Origin: Escherichia coli
GTDB lineage: Bacteria > Pseudomonadota > Gammaproteobacteria > Enterobacterales > Enterobacteriaceae
Reading direction: 5' to 3' (one strand)
NCBI RefSeq assembly: GCF_045037415.1
Contig: NZ_CP173438.1
DNA: 64,000 nt
Position numbers and translations under genes: made by a program
The notes under the pieces: model-generated
The model's input: only the letters and a program-made list of their open reading frames with translations
Database searches by the model: none
Told to the model about the DNA's origin: nothing
Part shown: positions 26,588 to 40,803 of the stretch, piece after piece
How the letters are laid out: every line of letters starts with the position of its first letter
Numbering within the stretch: the stretch's first letter is position 1

Positions 26588-27286
26588 ATGAATAAAATCC
26601 TGTTAGTTGATGATGACCGAGAGCTGACTTCCCTATTAAAGGAGCTGCTCGAGATGGAAGGCTTCAACGTGATTGTTGCCCACGATGGGGAACAGGCGCT
26701 TGATCTTCTGGACGACAGCATTGATTTACTTTTGCTTGATGTAATGATGCCGAAGAAAAATGGTATCGACACATTAAAAGCACTTCGCCAGACACACCAG
26801 ACGCCTGTCATTATGTTGACGGCGCGCGGCAGTGAACTTGATCGCGTTCTCGGCCTTGAGCTGGGCGCAGATGACTATCTCCCGAAACCGTTTAATGATC
26901 GTGAGCTGGTGGCACGTATTCGCGCGATCCTGCGCCGTTCGCACTGGAGCGAACAACAGCAAAACAACGACAACGGTTCACCGACACTGGAAGTTGATGC
27001 CTTAAGTCTCAATCCTGGTCGCCAGGAAGCCACCTTCGACGGGCAAACGCTGGAGTTAACCGGTACGGAGTTTACCCTGCTCTATTTGCTGGCACAGCAT
27101 CTGGGTCAGGTGGTTTCCCGTGAGCATTTAAGCCAGGAAGTGCTGGGCAAGCGCCTGACGCCTTTCGACCGCGCTATCGATATGCACATTTCCAACCTGC
27201 GTCGTAAACTGCCGGATCGTAAAGATGGTCACCCGTGGTTTAAAACCTTGCGTGGTCGCGGCTATCTGATGGTTTCTGCTTCATGA
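26588..27286 (+). CDS. cpxR: OmpR-family response regulator CpxR
   Basis: 232 aa; receiver domain plus winged-helix output domain. Confidence 0.95.
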   Translation: MNKILLVDDDRELTSLLKELLEMEGFNVIVAHDGEQALDLLDDSIDLLLLDVMMPKKNGIDTLKALRQTHQTPVIMLTARGSELDRVLGLELGADDYLPKPFNDRELVARIRAILRRSHWSEQQQNNDNGSPTLEVDALSLNPGRQEATFDGQTLELTGTEFTLLYLLAQHLGQVVSREHLSQEVLGKRLTPFDRAIDMHISNLRRKLPDRKDGHPWFKTLRGRGYLMVSAS

Positions 27287-28656
27287 TAGGCAGCTTAACC
27301 GCGCGCATCTTCGCCATCTTCTGGCTGACGCTGGCGCTGGTGTTGATGTTGGTTTTGATGTTACCCAAGCTCGATTCACGCCAGATGACCGAGCTTCTGG
27401 ATAGCGAACAGCGTCAGGGTCTGATGATTGAGCAGCATGTCGAAGCGGAGCTGGCGAACGATCCGCCCAACGATTTAATGTGGTGGCGGCGTCTGTTCCG
27501 GGCGATTGATAAGTGGGCACCGCCAGGACAGCGTTTGTTACTGGTGACCACCGAAGGCCGCGTGATCGGCGCTGAACGCAGCGAAATGCAGATCATTCGT
27601 AACTTTATTGGTCAGGCCGATAACGCCGATCATCCGCAGAAGAAAAAGTATGGCCGCGTGGAACTGGTCGGTCCGTTCTCCGTGCGTGATGGCGAAGATA
27701 ATTACCAACTTTATCTGATTCGTCCGGCCAGCAGTTCTCAATCCGATTTCATAAACTTACTGTTTGACCGCCCGCTATTACTGCTGATTGTCACCATGCT
27801 GGTCAGTACGCCGCTGCTGTTGTGGTTGGCCTGGAGTCTGGCAAAACCGGCGCGTAAGCTGAAAAACGCTGCCGATGAAGTTGCCCAGGGAAACTTACGC
27901 CAGCACCCGGAACTGGAAGCGGGGCCACAGGAATTCCTTGCCGCCGGTGCCAGTTTTAACCAGATGGTCACCGCGCTGGAGCGCATGATGACCTCTCAGC
28001 AGCGTCTACTTTCTGATATCTCTCACGAACTGCGCACCCCGCTGACGCGTCTGCAACTGGGTACGGCGTTACTGCGCCGTCGTAGCGGTGAAAGCAAGGA
28101 ACTGGAGCGTATTGAAACCGAAGCGCAACGTCTGGACAGCATGATCAACGATCTGTTGGTGATGTCACGTAATCAGCAGAAAAATGCGCTGGTTAGCGAG
28201 ACCATCAAAGCCAACCAGTTGTGGAGTGAAGTGCTGGATAACGCGGCGTTCGAAGCCGAGCAAATGGGCAAGTCGTTGACGGTTAACTTCCCACCTGGGC
28301 CGTGGCCGCTGTACGGCAACCCGAACGCCCTGGAAAGTGCGCTGGAAAACATTGTTCGTAATGCTCTGCGTTATTCCCATACGAAGATTGAAGTGGGCTT
28401 TGCGGTAGATAAAGACGGTATCACCATTACGGTGGACGACGATGGTCCTGGCGTTAGCCCGGAAGATCGCGAACAGATTTTCCGTCCGTTCTATCGGACC
28501 GATGAAGCACGCGATCGTGAATCTGGCGGTACAGGTTTGGGGCTGGCGATTGTTGAAACCGCCATTCAGCAGCATCGTGGCTGGGTGAAGGCAGAAGACA
28601 GCCCGCTGGGCGGTTTACGGCTGGTGATTTGGTTGCCGCTGTATAAGCGGTCATAA
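27283..28656 (+). CDS. cpxA: envelope-stress sensor histidine kinase CpxA
   Basis: 457 aa; two TM segments, H-box SHELRTPLT, ATPase G-boxes; 4-nt overlap with cpxR. Confidence 0.95.
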   Translation: MIGSLTARIFAIFWLTLALVLMLVLMLPKLDSRQMTELLDSEQRQGLMIEQHVEAELANDPPNDLMWWRRLFRAIDKWAPPGQRLLLVTTEGRVIGAERSEMQIIRNFIGQADNADHPQKKKYGRVELVGPFSVRDGEDNYQLYLIRPASSSQSDFINLLFDRPLLLLIVTMLVSTPLLLWLAWSLAKPARKLKNAADEVAQGNLRQHPELEAGPQEFLAAGASFNQMVTALERMMTSQQRLLSDISHELRTPLTRLQLGTALLRRRSGESKELERIETEAQRLDSMINDLLVMSRNQQKNALVSETIKANQLWSEVLDNAAFEAEQMGKSLTVNFPPGPWPLYGNPNALESALENIVRNALRYSHTKIEVGFAVDKDGITITVDDDGPGVSPEDREQIFRPFYRTDEARDRESGGTGLGLAIVETAIQQHRGWVKAEDSPLGGLRLVIWLPLYKRS

Positions 28657-28679
28657 CGTCAACCTTCAGGTAAAAAAAT

Positions 28680-28816
28680 GCCTGATGCACTACGCTTATC
28701 AGGCCTACAAAACCTGTTGAATTTATGGGTTTTGTAGGCTGGATAAGGCGTTTACGCCGCATCCGGCATTTGAGCAGGATGCCTGATGCGACGCTGATAG
28801 CGTCTTATCAGGCCTA
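28680..28816. repeat. cluster of three REP elements (BIME) downstream of cpxA
   Basis: GCCTGATGCACTACGCTTATCAGGCCTAC, GTAGGCTGGATAAGGCGTTTACGCCGCATCCGGC and GCCTGATGCGACGCTGATAGCGTCTTATCAGGCCTAC. Confidence 0.65.
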
Positions 28817-28826
28817 CACTCCGGGG

Positions 28827-29501
28827 TTATTTTCCCCACAAACGGCGGGAAAAATCTTCGATCTTGCCGCTCAGTCGGCGCTTTTGCATCGTTCGCGTCC
28901 AGCTTTTCGATAACCCTGCAACGGAGAGTAAACGGTGATACTGATCGTCATCAAACGGCATATGCCATGCGATGGCGGCAGCCTCCTGCACGGTCACATC
29001 GCTGACACGGGAAACCAACTCCAGTGGCGCATCAGCAGATACCAACCCTGGTGCAATTACGCTATACAACCACCCCACTTTACCCGTGTTTTGCATCAAC
29101 TGCGCTATATCGCTGATATCAAAATGGTAATTGAGTTTATAGCAAGGTGAGCGTGGCTGGCTGACCTGAATTAATGCCTCTCCCCAGCGGAAAATATCAC
29201 CAATATAAACATTACTTTCCGTCAGACCGTCGGTTGAGAGATTTTCGCCAAACGCAGGCGCAACAAACAGCTCCGCCTGTTCCGGAAATTCCCGCGCCCA
29301 GTAGAGATAATGCTCACGAGGATAATGACACAGCGCTCTGTCTGGCCCGCCGTGGATCTTTTTCTCCGCCTGTTCGTCACCTTCCAGCCCCAGGTCCGTC
29401 AGCATCAACTCACCATCAACCTGGATTTTGGCAATTGCGCTGGGTTTGCCTTCGGGATAAGCCTGAATCTTGCCTGTGTATACATCAACCGGATATCGCA
29501 T
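28827..29501 (-). CDS. yiiM: MOSC-domain protein YiiM
   Basis: internal start MRYPVDVYTGKIQAYPEG gives 224 aa; ORF track begins 10 codons earlier. Confidence 0.8.
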   Translation of the reverse strand: MRYPVDVYTGKIQAYPEGKPSAIAKIQVDGELMLTDLGLEGDEQAEKKIHGGPDRALCHYPREHYLYWAREFPEQAELFVAPAFGENLSTDGLTESNVYIGDIFRWGEALIQVSQPRSPCYKLNYHFDISDIAQLMQNTGKVGWLYSVIAPGLVSADAPLELVSRVSDVTVQEAAAIAWHMPFDDDQYHRLLSVAGLSKSWTRTMQKRRLSGKIEDFSRRLWGK

Positions 29502-29649
29502 CTGTTCCCTCTCCACGAGAAATTTCCCCATTAGACCATATTTATTTTATGTCAGGCGTGCTGTTTTCGCGGTAAGTATCCAGGCAGAAACGCAATTGAA
29601 AACCGGACGAACGTTAGTTCATCCGGCTGTGGGGATTAAGGAAGCTGGT

Positions 29650-30633
29650 TTATTTCACCGTACCTAAAATTTCGATTTTCGCCGCTCTGGCTTTGACTTT
29701 ACGTGACCAGATAGAGGTAAGAATTGGCACCAGAATCGAAGTCACAATGACCGCCGTCGCTACCAGCGAAGTTGCTGCCGGAGCCATAGGTTTAAACGCA
29801 GGCACCATTTCTGCAATCAGCACAGGTGTCGCTACCGCGGCCCCAGCGGAACTGGAAGCGGCAATTCCGGCAGTGCCATCGCCACCGCCAATCAATTTAT
29901 CGGCGATAATCAACGGAATACCGGTCACGATAATTACTGCCACACCCAACAGGATCCCCAGCAAACCTGTCTGGGCAATTACAGTCAAATCAATGGTATT
30001 GCCCAGTGCGAAGGCAAAGAATGGAATCAGCGTCTGCACCGCTTTGCTGAAAAATTCTCGTAACTCAGGGTCAAGGTTCCCCAGGGCAAAGCCCACCAGG
30101 AACGGCAATACTGCGCCGACGAAAACATGCGGTTCAAACGAGGCAATCCCGGCAGTGCCCAGAATAATCATCGTCATGAGCGGCCCGGACTCCAACGACA
30201 TCAACACAAATGCCCCAGCTTCTTCTTTTGTGCCGTACTGCTGCATGATGGAAGCGTAAAGTCCGCCGTTGGTCATATCCATCGCCGCCACCAGCGCCAA
30301 CGTTGAAAGTCCGGCAAAAAATCCAACTTCAACACCATGTTCCGGAATAATGCGCGAGGCAATTGCCGCAACCACCCACGCGACGGCAATTTTAGTTACC
30401 ACCAGCGTACCGGATTTACGCAGTACCGTTCCCGTCGCGCTTAATTTTATTGACGCCCCCATGCAAAAAAACCACACCGCCAGAATGGGCACCGTACCGG
30501 TAATCATCCCGTTGGTGAATGATCCAAAATATTTCCCCGCCCCCGGCGAGAAGGTGTGGCACAGTGCGCCAAGGAATAGCGGGACGAGCATCATCCCCCC
30601 CGGGATTTTCTCAATCGAGCGTTTTATCTGCAT
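29650..30633 (-). CDS. kdgT: 2-keto-3-deoxygluconate permease
   Basis: polytopic membrane protein; internal start [23 protein letters not shown] gives 327 aa. Confidence 0.85.
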
Positions 30634-30892
30634 TTCCATCACCTGTCGGCATATTTTTAAGGGCTGATGCGTCATTCCTCAACGGAGCATCAGTGTTGAT
30701 GGAAACGAAGATAAACATTCATTTGATCAATAAAAGTGATCAAAACCACATCAATTGAAACGATGTTTTATTTTTATCGGATCGTTGTTTTTATTTTGAA
30801 AGTGATCACAAAAAAACCACCGCCGTTGGCGATGGTTCATTTTTTAAGCTGCAATGCGGCGTAAACGCCTCATTGCAGCAGGCGTCAAATGA

Positions 30893-31513
30893 TTATTTTT
30901 TCGCCGCGAAACGTGCCGCTGCTTCGTCCCAGTTCACCACGTTCCAGAACTCTTTAATGTAGTCCGGACGGCGGTTCTGGAATTTCAGGTAGTAAGCATG
31001 TTCCCACACATCCAGGCCCACAATCGGGAAGCCGGAAGCGCCAGAAATGGCTTCGCCCATCAGCGGAGAGTCCTGGTTAGCAGTAGAAACCACCGCCAGT
31101 TTATCGCCTTTTTGCACCAGCCATGCCCAGCCGGAACCAAAGCGGGAAGCTGCCGCTTTTTCAAATTCTGCTTTGAAATTATCAACGGAACCGAAATCAC
31201 GTTCGATAGCCGCTTTCAGGTCGCCCTGCAGGGTGGTGCCTTTTTTCAGACCTTTCCAGAACAGACTGTGGTTAGCGTGACCGCCAGCGTTATTGCGCAG
31301 TACGGTTTTCTTGTCTGCTGGCAGCTGGTCCAGTTTGGTGATCAGCTCTTCAACCGGCAGGTTAGCGAATTCTGGCAGGCTTTCCAGCGCCGCATTGGCG
31401 TTGTTAACGTAGGCCTGATGGTGTTTGGTGTGGTGGATTTCCATGGTCTGCTTATCGAAGTGCGGTTCCAGGGCATCGTAAGCATACGGCAGGGATGGCA
31501 GGGTATAACTCAT
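30893..31513 (-). CDS. sodA: manganese superoxide dismutase
   Basis: 206 aa from [33 protein letters not shown]; Mn/Fe SOD signature. Confidence 0.96.
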   Translation of the reverse strand: MSYTLPSLPYAYDALEPHFDKQTMEIHHTKHHQAYVNNANAALESLPEFANLPVEELITKLDQLPADKKTVLRNNAGGHANHSLFWKGLKKGTTLQGDLKAAIERDFGSVDNFKAEFEKAAASRFGSGWAWLVQKGDKLAVVSTANQDSPLMGEAISGASGFPIVGLDVWEHAYYLKFQNRRPDYIKEFWNVVNWDEAAARFAAKK

Positions 31514-31570
31514 ATTCATCTCCAGTGTGGTCGGGCGGCCGATTGTTAATGCCGCGTAAGCAGTTGGTTC

Positions 31571-31606
31571 ATTATAGTTAATTAAATGATATTGAAAATG
31601 ATTATC
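31571..31606 (-). promoter_or_regulatory. sodA promoter with Fur box
   Basis: minus strand reads GATAATCATTTTCAATATCATTTAATTAACTATAAT: Fur-box-like AT-rich palindrome overlapping a TATAAT -10. Confidence 0.6.
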
Positions 31607-31797
31607 AATGCCGTACTTTTCATAAGGGTATGGTTTTGCAGGAAAATGCCCAAGATGTGAAGCAAATCACCCACTTAATGCCGTGATTGCCAGTAAATCG
31701 GCAGCGGCGGCAACAGGCGAAAGGTTAATCGACAGCTCAATTTTTACACTCATCTCGTCGGAGATGTGACGCGACGAAAAATGATGAGGATAAGAAG

Positions 31798-32832
31798 ATG
31801 AGTAACGCGATTACGATGGGGATATTTTGGCATTTGATCGGCGCGGCCAGTGCAGCCTGTTTTTACGCGCCGTTCAAAAAAGTAAAAAAGTGGTCATGGG
31901 AAACCATGTGGTCAGTCGGTGGGATTGTTTCGTGGATTATCCTGCCGTGGGCCATCAGCGCCCTGTTACTACCGAATTTCTGGGCGTATTACAGCTCATT
32001 TAGTCTCTCTACGCTGCTGCCTGTTTTTCTGTTCGGCGCTATGTGGGGGATCGGTAATATCAACTACGGCCTGACCATGCGTTATCTCGGCATGTCGATG
32101 GGAATTGGCATCGCCATTGGCATTACGTTGATTGTCGGTACGCTGATGACGCCAATTATCAACGGCAATTTCGATGTGCTGATTAATACCGAAGGCGGAC
32201 GCATGACGTTGCTCGGCGTTCTGGTGGCGCTGATTGGCGTAGGGATTGTAACTCGCGCCGGGCAGTTGAAAGAGCGCAAGATGGGCATTAAAGCCGAAGA
32301 GTTCAATCTGAAAAAAGGGCTGGTGCTGGCGGTGATGTGCGGCATTTTCTCTGCCGGGATGTCCTTTGCGATGAACGCCGCAAAACCGATGCATGAAGCC
32401 GCTGCCGCGCTGGGCGTCGATCCCCTGTATGTCGCTTTGCCAAGCTATGTTGTCATCATGGGCGGCGGCGCAATCATCAACCTCGGCTTCTGCTTCATTC
32501 GTCTGGCCAAAGTGAAAGATTTGTCGCTAAAAGCCGACTTCTCGCTGGCAAAACCGCTGATCATTCACAATGTGTTACTCTCAGCACTGGGCGGGTTGAT
32601 GTGGTATCTGCAATTCTTTTTCTATGCCTGGGGCCACGCCCGCATTCCGGCGCAGTATGACTACATCAGCTGGATGCTGCATATGAGCTTCTATGTATTG
32701 TGCGGCGGTATCGTCGGGCTGGTGCTGAAAGAGTGGAACAATGCAGGACGCCGTCCGGTAACGGTGTTGAGCCTCGGTTGTGTGGTGATTATTGTCGCCG
32801 CTAACATCGTCGGCATCGGCATGGCGAATTAA
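31798..32832 (+). CDS. rhaT: L-rhamnose:H+ symporter
   Basis: 344-aa 10-TM membrane protein next to rhaRS. Confidence 0.92.
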
Positions 32833-33677
32833 TCTTTCTGCGAATTGAGATGACGCCACTGGCTGGGCGTCATCCCGGTTTCCCGGGTAAACACCACCGA
32901 AAAATAGTTACTATCTTCAAAGCCACATTCGGTCGAAATATCACTGATTAACAGGCGGCTATGCTGGAGAAGATATTGCGCATGACACACTCTGACCTGC
33001 CGCAGATATTGATTGATGGTCATTCCAGTCTGCTGGCGAAATTGCTGACGCAAAACACGCTCACTGCATGATGCCTCATCACAAAATTTATCCAGCGCAA
33101 AGGGACTTTTCAGGCTAGCCGCCAGCCGGGTAATCAGCTTATCCAGCAATGTTTCGCTGGATGTTGGCGGCAACGAATCACTGGTGTAACGATGGCGATT
33201 CAGCAACATCACCAACTGCCCGAACAGCAACTCAGCCATTTCGTTAGCAAACGACACATGCTGACTACTTTCATGCTCAAGCTGACCGATAACCTGCCGC
33301 GCCTGCGCCATCCCCACGCTACCTAAGCGCCAGTGTGGTTGCCCTGCGCTGGCGCTAAATCCCGGAATCGCGCCCTGCCAGTCAAGATTCAGCTTCAGCC
33401 GCTCCGGGCAATAAATAATATTCTGCAAAACCAGATCGTTAACGGAAGCGTAGGAGTGTTTATCGTCAGCATGAATATAAAAGAGATCGCCACGGGTAAT
33501 GCGATAAGGGCGATCGTTGAGTACATGCAGACCATTACCGCGCCAGACAATCACCAGCTCACAAAAATCATGTGTATGTTCGGCAAAGACATCTTGCGGA
33601 TAACGGTCAGCCACAGCGACTGCCTGCTGGTCGCTGGCAAAAAAATCATCTTTGAGAAGTTTTAACTGATGCGCCAC
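32829..33677 (-). CDS. rhaR: AraC-family activator RhaR
   Basis: ORF track gives 319 aa from 33788; the GTG at 33677 ([13 protein letters not shown]) gives 282 aa; C-terminal AraC HTH. Confidence 0.85.
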
Positions 33678-33750
33678 CGTGGCTACCTCGGCCAGAGAAC
33701 GAAGTTGATTATTCGCAATATGGCGTACAAATACGTTGAGAAGATTCGCG

Positions 33751-34587
33751 TTATTGCAGAAAACCATCCCGTCCCTGACGAATATCACGCGGTGACCAGT
33801 TAAACTCTCGGCGAAAAAGCGTCGAAAAGTGGTTACTGTCGCTGAATCCGCAGCGATAGGCGATGTCAGTAACGCTGGCCTCGCTGTGGCGTAGCAGATG
33901 TCGGGCTTTCATCAGTCGCAGGCGGTTCAGGTAACGCTGAGGCGTCAGTCCCGTTTGCTGCTTAAGCTGCCGATGTAGCGTACGCAATGAAAGAGAAAAT
34001 TGAGCCGCCACTGCATCCCAATTCACCTCATCGGCAAAATGGTCCTCCAGCCAGGCCAGAAGCAAGTTGAGACGTGATGCGCTGTTTTCCACGCTCTCCT
34101 GCAAACTGCTTTTACGCAGTAAGAGCAGTAATTGCATAAACAGAATTTCACGACTGGCGGTCGAGGGTAAATCATTTCCCTCTTCTTGTTGTTCCAACTG
34201 TGCAACCAGTTGGCGCACCTGCTGTAATACGCAATGGTTAACGCGCCAGTGAGACGGATACTGCCCATCCTGCTCTTGTGGCAGCAACTGATTCAGCCCG
34301 GCGAGAAACTGAAATCGATCCGGCGAGCGATACAGCACATTGGTCAGACACAGATTATCGGTATGTTCATACAGATGCCGATCATGATCGCGTACGAAAC
34401 AAACCGTCCCACCGGTGATGGTATAGGGCTGCCCATTAAATACATGAATACCCGTGCCATGTTCGACAATCACAATTTCATGAAAATCATGATGATGTTC
34501 AGGAAAATCCGCCTGCGGGAGCCGGGGTTCTATCGCCACGGACGCGTTACCAGACGGAAAAAAATCCACACTATGTAATACGGTCAT
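33751..34587 (-). CDS. rhaS: AraC-family activator RhaS
   Basis: 278 aa; cupin sensing domain plus AraC-type HTH. Confidence 0.93.
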   Translation of the reverse strand: MTVLHSVDFFPSGNASVAIEPRLPQADFPEHHHDFHEIVIVEHGTGIHVFNGQPYTITGGTVCFVRDHDRHLYEHTDNLCLTNVLYRSPDRFQFLAGLNQLLPQEQDGQYPSHWRVNHCVLQQVRQLVAQLEQQEEGNDLPSTASREILFMQLLLLLRKSSLQESVENSASRLNLLLAWLEDHFADEVNWDAVAAQFSLSLRTLHRQLKQQTGLTPQRYLNRLRLMKARHLLRHSEASVTDIAYRCGFSDSNHFSTLFRREFNWSPRDIRQGRDGFLQ

Positions 34588-34750
34588 ACTGGCCTCCTGA
34601 TGTCGTCAACACGGCGAAATAGTAATCACGAGGTCAGGTTCTTACCTTAAATTTTCGACGGAAAACCACGTAAAAAACGTCGATTTTTCAAGATACAGCG
34701 TGAATTTTCAGGAAATGCGGTGAGCATCACATCACCACAATGAAGCAAAT

Positions 34751-37600
<2,850 letters not shown>

Positions 37601-37605
37601 ACACT

Positions 37606-37823
37606 GCCGGATGCGGCACAAGTGCCTTATCCGGCCTACGGGTCGGCAATAGTTGTAGGCCTGATAAGACGCGACAGCGTCGCATCAGGCATTGATTGCC
37701 GGATGCGGCACGAGTGCCTTATCCGGCCTACGGGTCAGCAACAGTTGTAGGCCTGATAAGACGCGACAGCGTCGCATCAGGCATTGATTGCCGGATGTGG
37801 CGCGAGTGCCTTATCCGGCCTAC
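37606..37823. repeat. tandem BIME array (five REP elements, 92-bp period) between rhaA and rhaD
   Basis: alternating GCCGGATGCGGCAC(A/G)AGTGCCTTATCCGGCCTAC and GTAGGCCTGATAAGACGCGACAGCGTCGCATCAGGC units at 37606, 37655, 37698, 37747 and 37790. Confidence 0.75.
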
Positions 37824-37866
37824 AGGTCGTGCATCCGACAACACCGAATTAACAGGAACACAGAAC

Positions 37867-38691
37867 ATGCAAAACATAACCCAGTCCTGGTTTGTCCAGG
37901 GAATGATCAAAGCCACCACCGATGCCTGGCTGAAAGGCTGGGACGAGCGCAACGGCGGCAACCTGACGCTGCGCCTGGATGACGCCGATATCGCACCATA
38001 TCACGACAATTTTCACCAACAACCGCGCTATATCCCGCTCAGCCAGCCCATGCCTTTACTGGCAAATACACCGTTTATTGTCACCGGCTCCGGCAAATTC
38101 TTCCGTAACGTCCAGCTTGATCCTGCGGCTAACTTAGGCATCGTAAAAGTCGACAGCGACGGCGCGGGCTACCACATTCTTTGGGGGTTAACCAACGAAG
38201 CCGTTCCCACTTCTGAACTTCCGGCTCACTTTCTCTCCCACTGCGAGCGCATTAAAGCCACCAACGGTAAAGATCGGGTGATCATGCACTGCCACGCCAC
38301 CAACCTGATCGCCCTCACCTATGTACTTGAAAACGACACCGCGGTCTTCACTCGCCAACTGTGGGAAGGCAGCACCGAGTGTCTGGTGGTATTCCCGGAT
38401 GGCGTTGGCATTCTGCCGTGGATGGTGCCCGGCACGGACGAAATCGGCCAGGCAACTGCACAAGAGATGCAAAAACATTCGCTGGTGTTGTGGCCCTTCC
38501 ACGGTGTGTTCGGCAGCGGGCCGACGCTGGATGAAACCTTCGGTTTAATCGACACCGCAGAAAAATCAGCACAAGTATTAGTGAAGGTTTATTCGATGGG
38601 CGGCATGAAACAGACCATCAGCCGTGAAGAGTTGATAGCGCTCGGCCAGCGTTTCGGCGTTACACCACTCGCCAGTGCGCTGGCGCTGTAA
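37867..38691 (+). CDS. rhaD: rhamnulose-1-phosphate aldolase
   Basis: ORF track start at 37696 runs through the REP array; the ATG at 37867 ([21 protein letters not shown]) gives 274 aa. Confidence 0.93.
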   Translation: MQNITQSWFVQGMIKATTDAWLKGWDERNGGNLTLRLDDADIAPYHDNFHQQPRYIPLSQPMPLLANTPFIVTGSGKFFRNVQLDPAANLGIVKVDSDGAGYHILWGLTNEAVPTSELPAHFLSHCERIKATNGKDRVIMHCHATNLIALTYVLENDTAVFTRQLWEGSTECLVVFPDGVGILPWMVPGTDEIGQATAQEMQKHSLVLWPFHGVFGSGPTLDETFGLIDTAEKSAQVLVKVYSMGGMKQTISREELIALGQRFGVTPLASALAL

Positions 38692-38700
38692 GGAGCAAAC

Positions 38701-39015
38701 ATGATCCGCAAAGCCTTTGTCATGCAGGTAAACCCCGACGCCCACGAAGAGTATCAGCGTCGGCATAATCCCATCTGGCCGGAACTGGAAGCAGTGCTGA
38801 AATCTCACGGTGCGCATAACTACGCCATCTATCTCGACAAAGCGCGTAATCTGCTATTTGCCACGATAGAGATTGAATCTGAAGAGCGGTGGAATGCGGT
38901 TGCCAGTACAGATGTTTGCCAACGTTGGTGGAAATATATGACCGACGTTATGCCCGCTAATGCGGATAACAGCCCAGTCAGTAGCGAACTGCAAGAAGTG
39001 TTTTACCTGCCTTAA
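38701..39015 (+). CDS. rhaM: L-rhamnose mutarotase
   Basis: 104-aa [49 protein letters not shown]. Confidence 0.9.
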   Translation: MIRKAFVMQVNPDAHEEYQRRHNPIWPELEAVLKSHGAHNYAIYLDKARNLLFATIEIESEERWNAVASTDVCQRWWKYMTDVMPANADNSPVSSELQEVFYLP

Positions 39016-39055
39016 TGAGTTGCGGTGCCGGAAAATATCCAGCACCGCCCTTTCA

Positions 39056-40450
39056 TCAGAAGAAGTATTTAAAGCGAACGCGTGCGCCGTAACGGTCATC
39101 ACTATCGTCGCCGTGTATCTTATCGCCGTCGCTATCCAGAATGGAGTAATACGTGCCGAGGTAAATATTAAAGTTCTCCATATCCATCACATTAGCGAAC
39201 TGATAAGACGCATGAATGGTGTGAATGTTGTATGTTCCTTCATCATCAATCCAGCAATCGTTATCACAAACCACGCCACTAAATTCATCAATCTTATTAT
39301 GTGCGTAGATATAACCCAGCTCGAAACGTTTCCACAGCGCGTTAATCCCAGCGGTGAAATCTTTCTCATTATTAGCATCTAAATAGGCGGTATTAAGATT
39401 AACCACGATGCCATTTTCCGGATCGGTTTTCAGGCCATTCCAGGTCATGCTCATGCCATAACCGGTACGATCGGACTGATCGACAAAATTACCCTTGCTA
39501 TCGGTATAACCATAAGCATTATTTACCACGTTCGCTTCCATCGCTGCGGAAACGGTGAATTCTTCCGTCGGCGACCAGGCAATTACCGGACGCAGATAAG
39601 CAACATTTTTCTGCTGTTCCATATCGCGTCCATGATAATTACCGTCGTTATATAAAGATGTTCCGTCTTCCAGTAACGTGTTTAATTCAAAATACCAGTT
39701 ATCGAGTTGTTTGCTGACGAGGAAATTACCGCCAGCGTTAGAACGCCCGCGGCCCTCTTTCATCATATAGATATAACCGCTGCCATCGTCATAAAGATCG
39801 TTCGCAGTATTACCGGAATGTTCAACAAAGGTATCCTGATTCAGCGGGAACATATCGTAGGCTTCAAAACGGCCTACTTTGACCTTCCAGTCGTTTTCTT
39901 TGCCAAAGAAGAAAACCGCATCATCGATATTTACTGAACCGTGCATATCCCCCAGCGGTTGTGCGGAGAACCCAGCGAAATAGCCATTATCCAGTTTTCG
40001 CATACCATCAAAACCTAACAGAATACGACCATTGAGATTCCACTGTTCATTAGTGGGATCGCTATTCACATCAGCGTTGGTCATTGCCAGCAGGCCATGA
40101 TTACTTTCCGCATCCATATTAAATTCTACGTCACCGTAGATTTTTAAATCGCCATACCCTGAAAGCAGGAGATTAGGCGGGGTGGCGTTTTTCTTCTCTG
40201 ACTCCGTCGTTGATTGACCGTTTACCGGCGTGTTGCCCTGTGCGGTTTTAATTTCGCGGATCTCGGCGGCTTGTTGTGTCTGAAGCTGTTTAACCTGCCC
40301 CTCTGCTTTTGCTGCCCGCATTTCTGCCGCTTCCAGGCGTTCTTCCAGCAATGCCATGCGTTGTTCCAGCGTTAAATGCTGTGTTTTTGCCATACCGGTA
40401 CTACATGCCAATAATAAACCGATGGCTAAAGATAATGTCGATTTTTTCAT
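39056..40450 (-). CDS. putative outer-membrane sugar-porin-like protein with N-terminal coiled-coil
   Basis: 464 aa; signal peptide MKKSTLSLAIGLLLACSTGMA, about 50 aa of heptad-like Ala/Glu/Gln-rich sequence, then an aromatic-rich region ending in the C-terminal FKYFF typical of beta-barrel OMPs; AGGGAA Shine-Dalgarno 8 nt upstream; family assignment is from memory of ScrY/RafY-type glycoporins and is uncertain. Confidence 0.65.
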   Translation of the reverse strand: MKKSTLSLAIGLLLACSTGMAKTQHLTLEQRMALLEERLEAAEMRAAKAEGQVKQLQTQQAAEIREIKTAQGNTPVNGQSTTESEKKNATPPNLLLSGYGDLKIYGDVEFNMDAESNHGLLAMTNADVNSDPTNEQWNLNGRILLGFDGMRKLDNGYFAGFSAQPLGDMHGSVNIDDAVFFFGKENDWKVKVGRFEAYDMFPLNQDTFVEHSGNTANDLYDDGSGYIYMMKEGRGRSNAGGNFLVSKQLDNWYFELNTLLEDGTSLYNDGNYHGRDMEQQKNVAYLRPVIAWSPTEEFTVSAAMEANVVNNAYGYTDSKGNFVDQSDRTGYGMSMTWNGLKTDPENGIVVNLNTAYLDANNEKDFTAGINALWKRFELGYIYAHNKIDEFSGVVCDNDCWIDDEGTYNIHTIHASYQFANVMDMENFNIYLGTYYSILDSDGDKIHGDDSDDRYGARVRFKYFF

Positions 40451-40803
40451 TATTTACGTTCCCTGAAATAAAGGAGACCCTACGCTTTCCAAAAGGAATA
40501 CGTATATAGAGAAATATAAGGTGTGCACTTTCGAATTTTTAATCCAACTTCAGCAGGCCGATGGATAGTATCCCGCCATATAATATGAGTAAATCCGCTG
40601 ATTTCCTGGAACGTGAGGAATATAACAATAGTGCCGTTTTTAACTAAATATCGTAAAAAATATTAGATATGATTCACGCTGACTCATAAGCCACAAATAT
40701 AAATAACGCTTAAACAAATTATCTGAGATATTTTAACATTCACAAAATCATTAAATAATGATACTTTATTCACAAAATTTATCCTTCACTCTGCTTTATA
40801 TTG

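Noticed and set aside
29693-30259. 188-aa ORF antisense to kdgT
   Set aside because: Shadow ORF opposite a membrane-transporter gene; the frame is open because of codon bias
37606-37823. Possible CRISPR array (regularly spaced repeats)
   Set aside because: The repeats are REP palindromes in alternating orientation without unique spacers and without cas genes; this is a BIME array
37696-37866. N-terminal 57-codon extension of rhaD in the ORF track
   Set aside because: The extension translates the REP/BIME array; the ATG at 37867 gives the expected rhaD length
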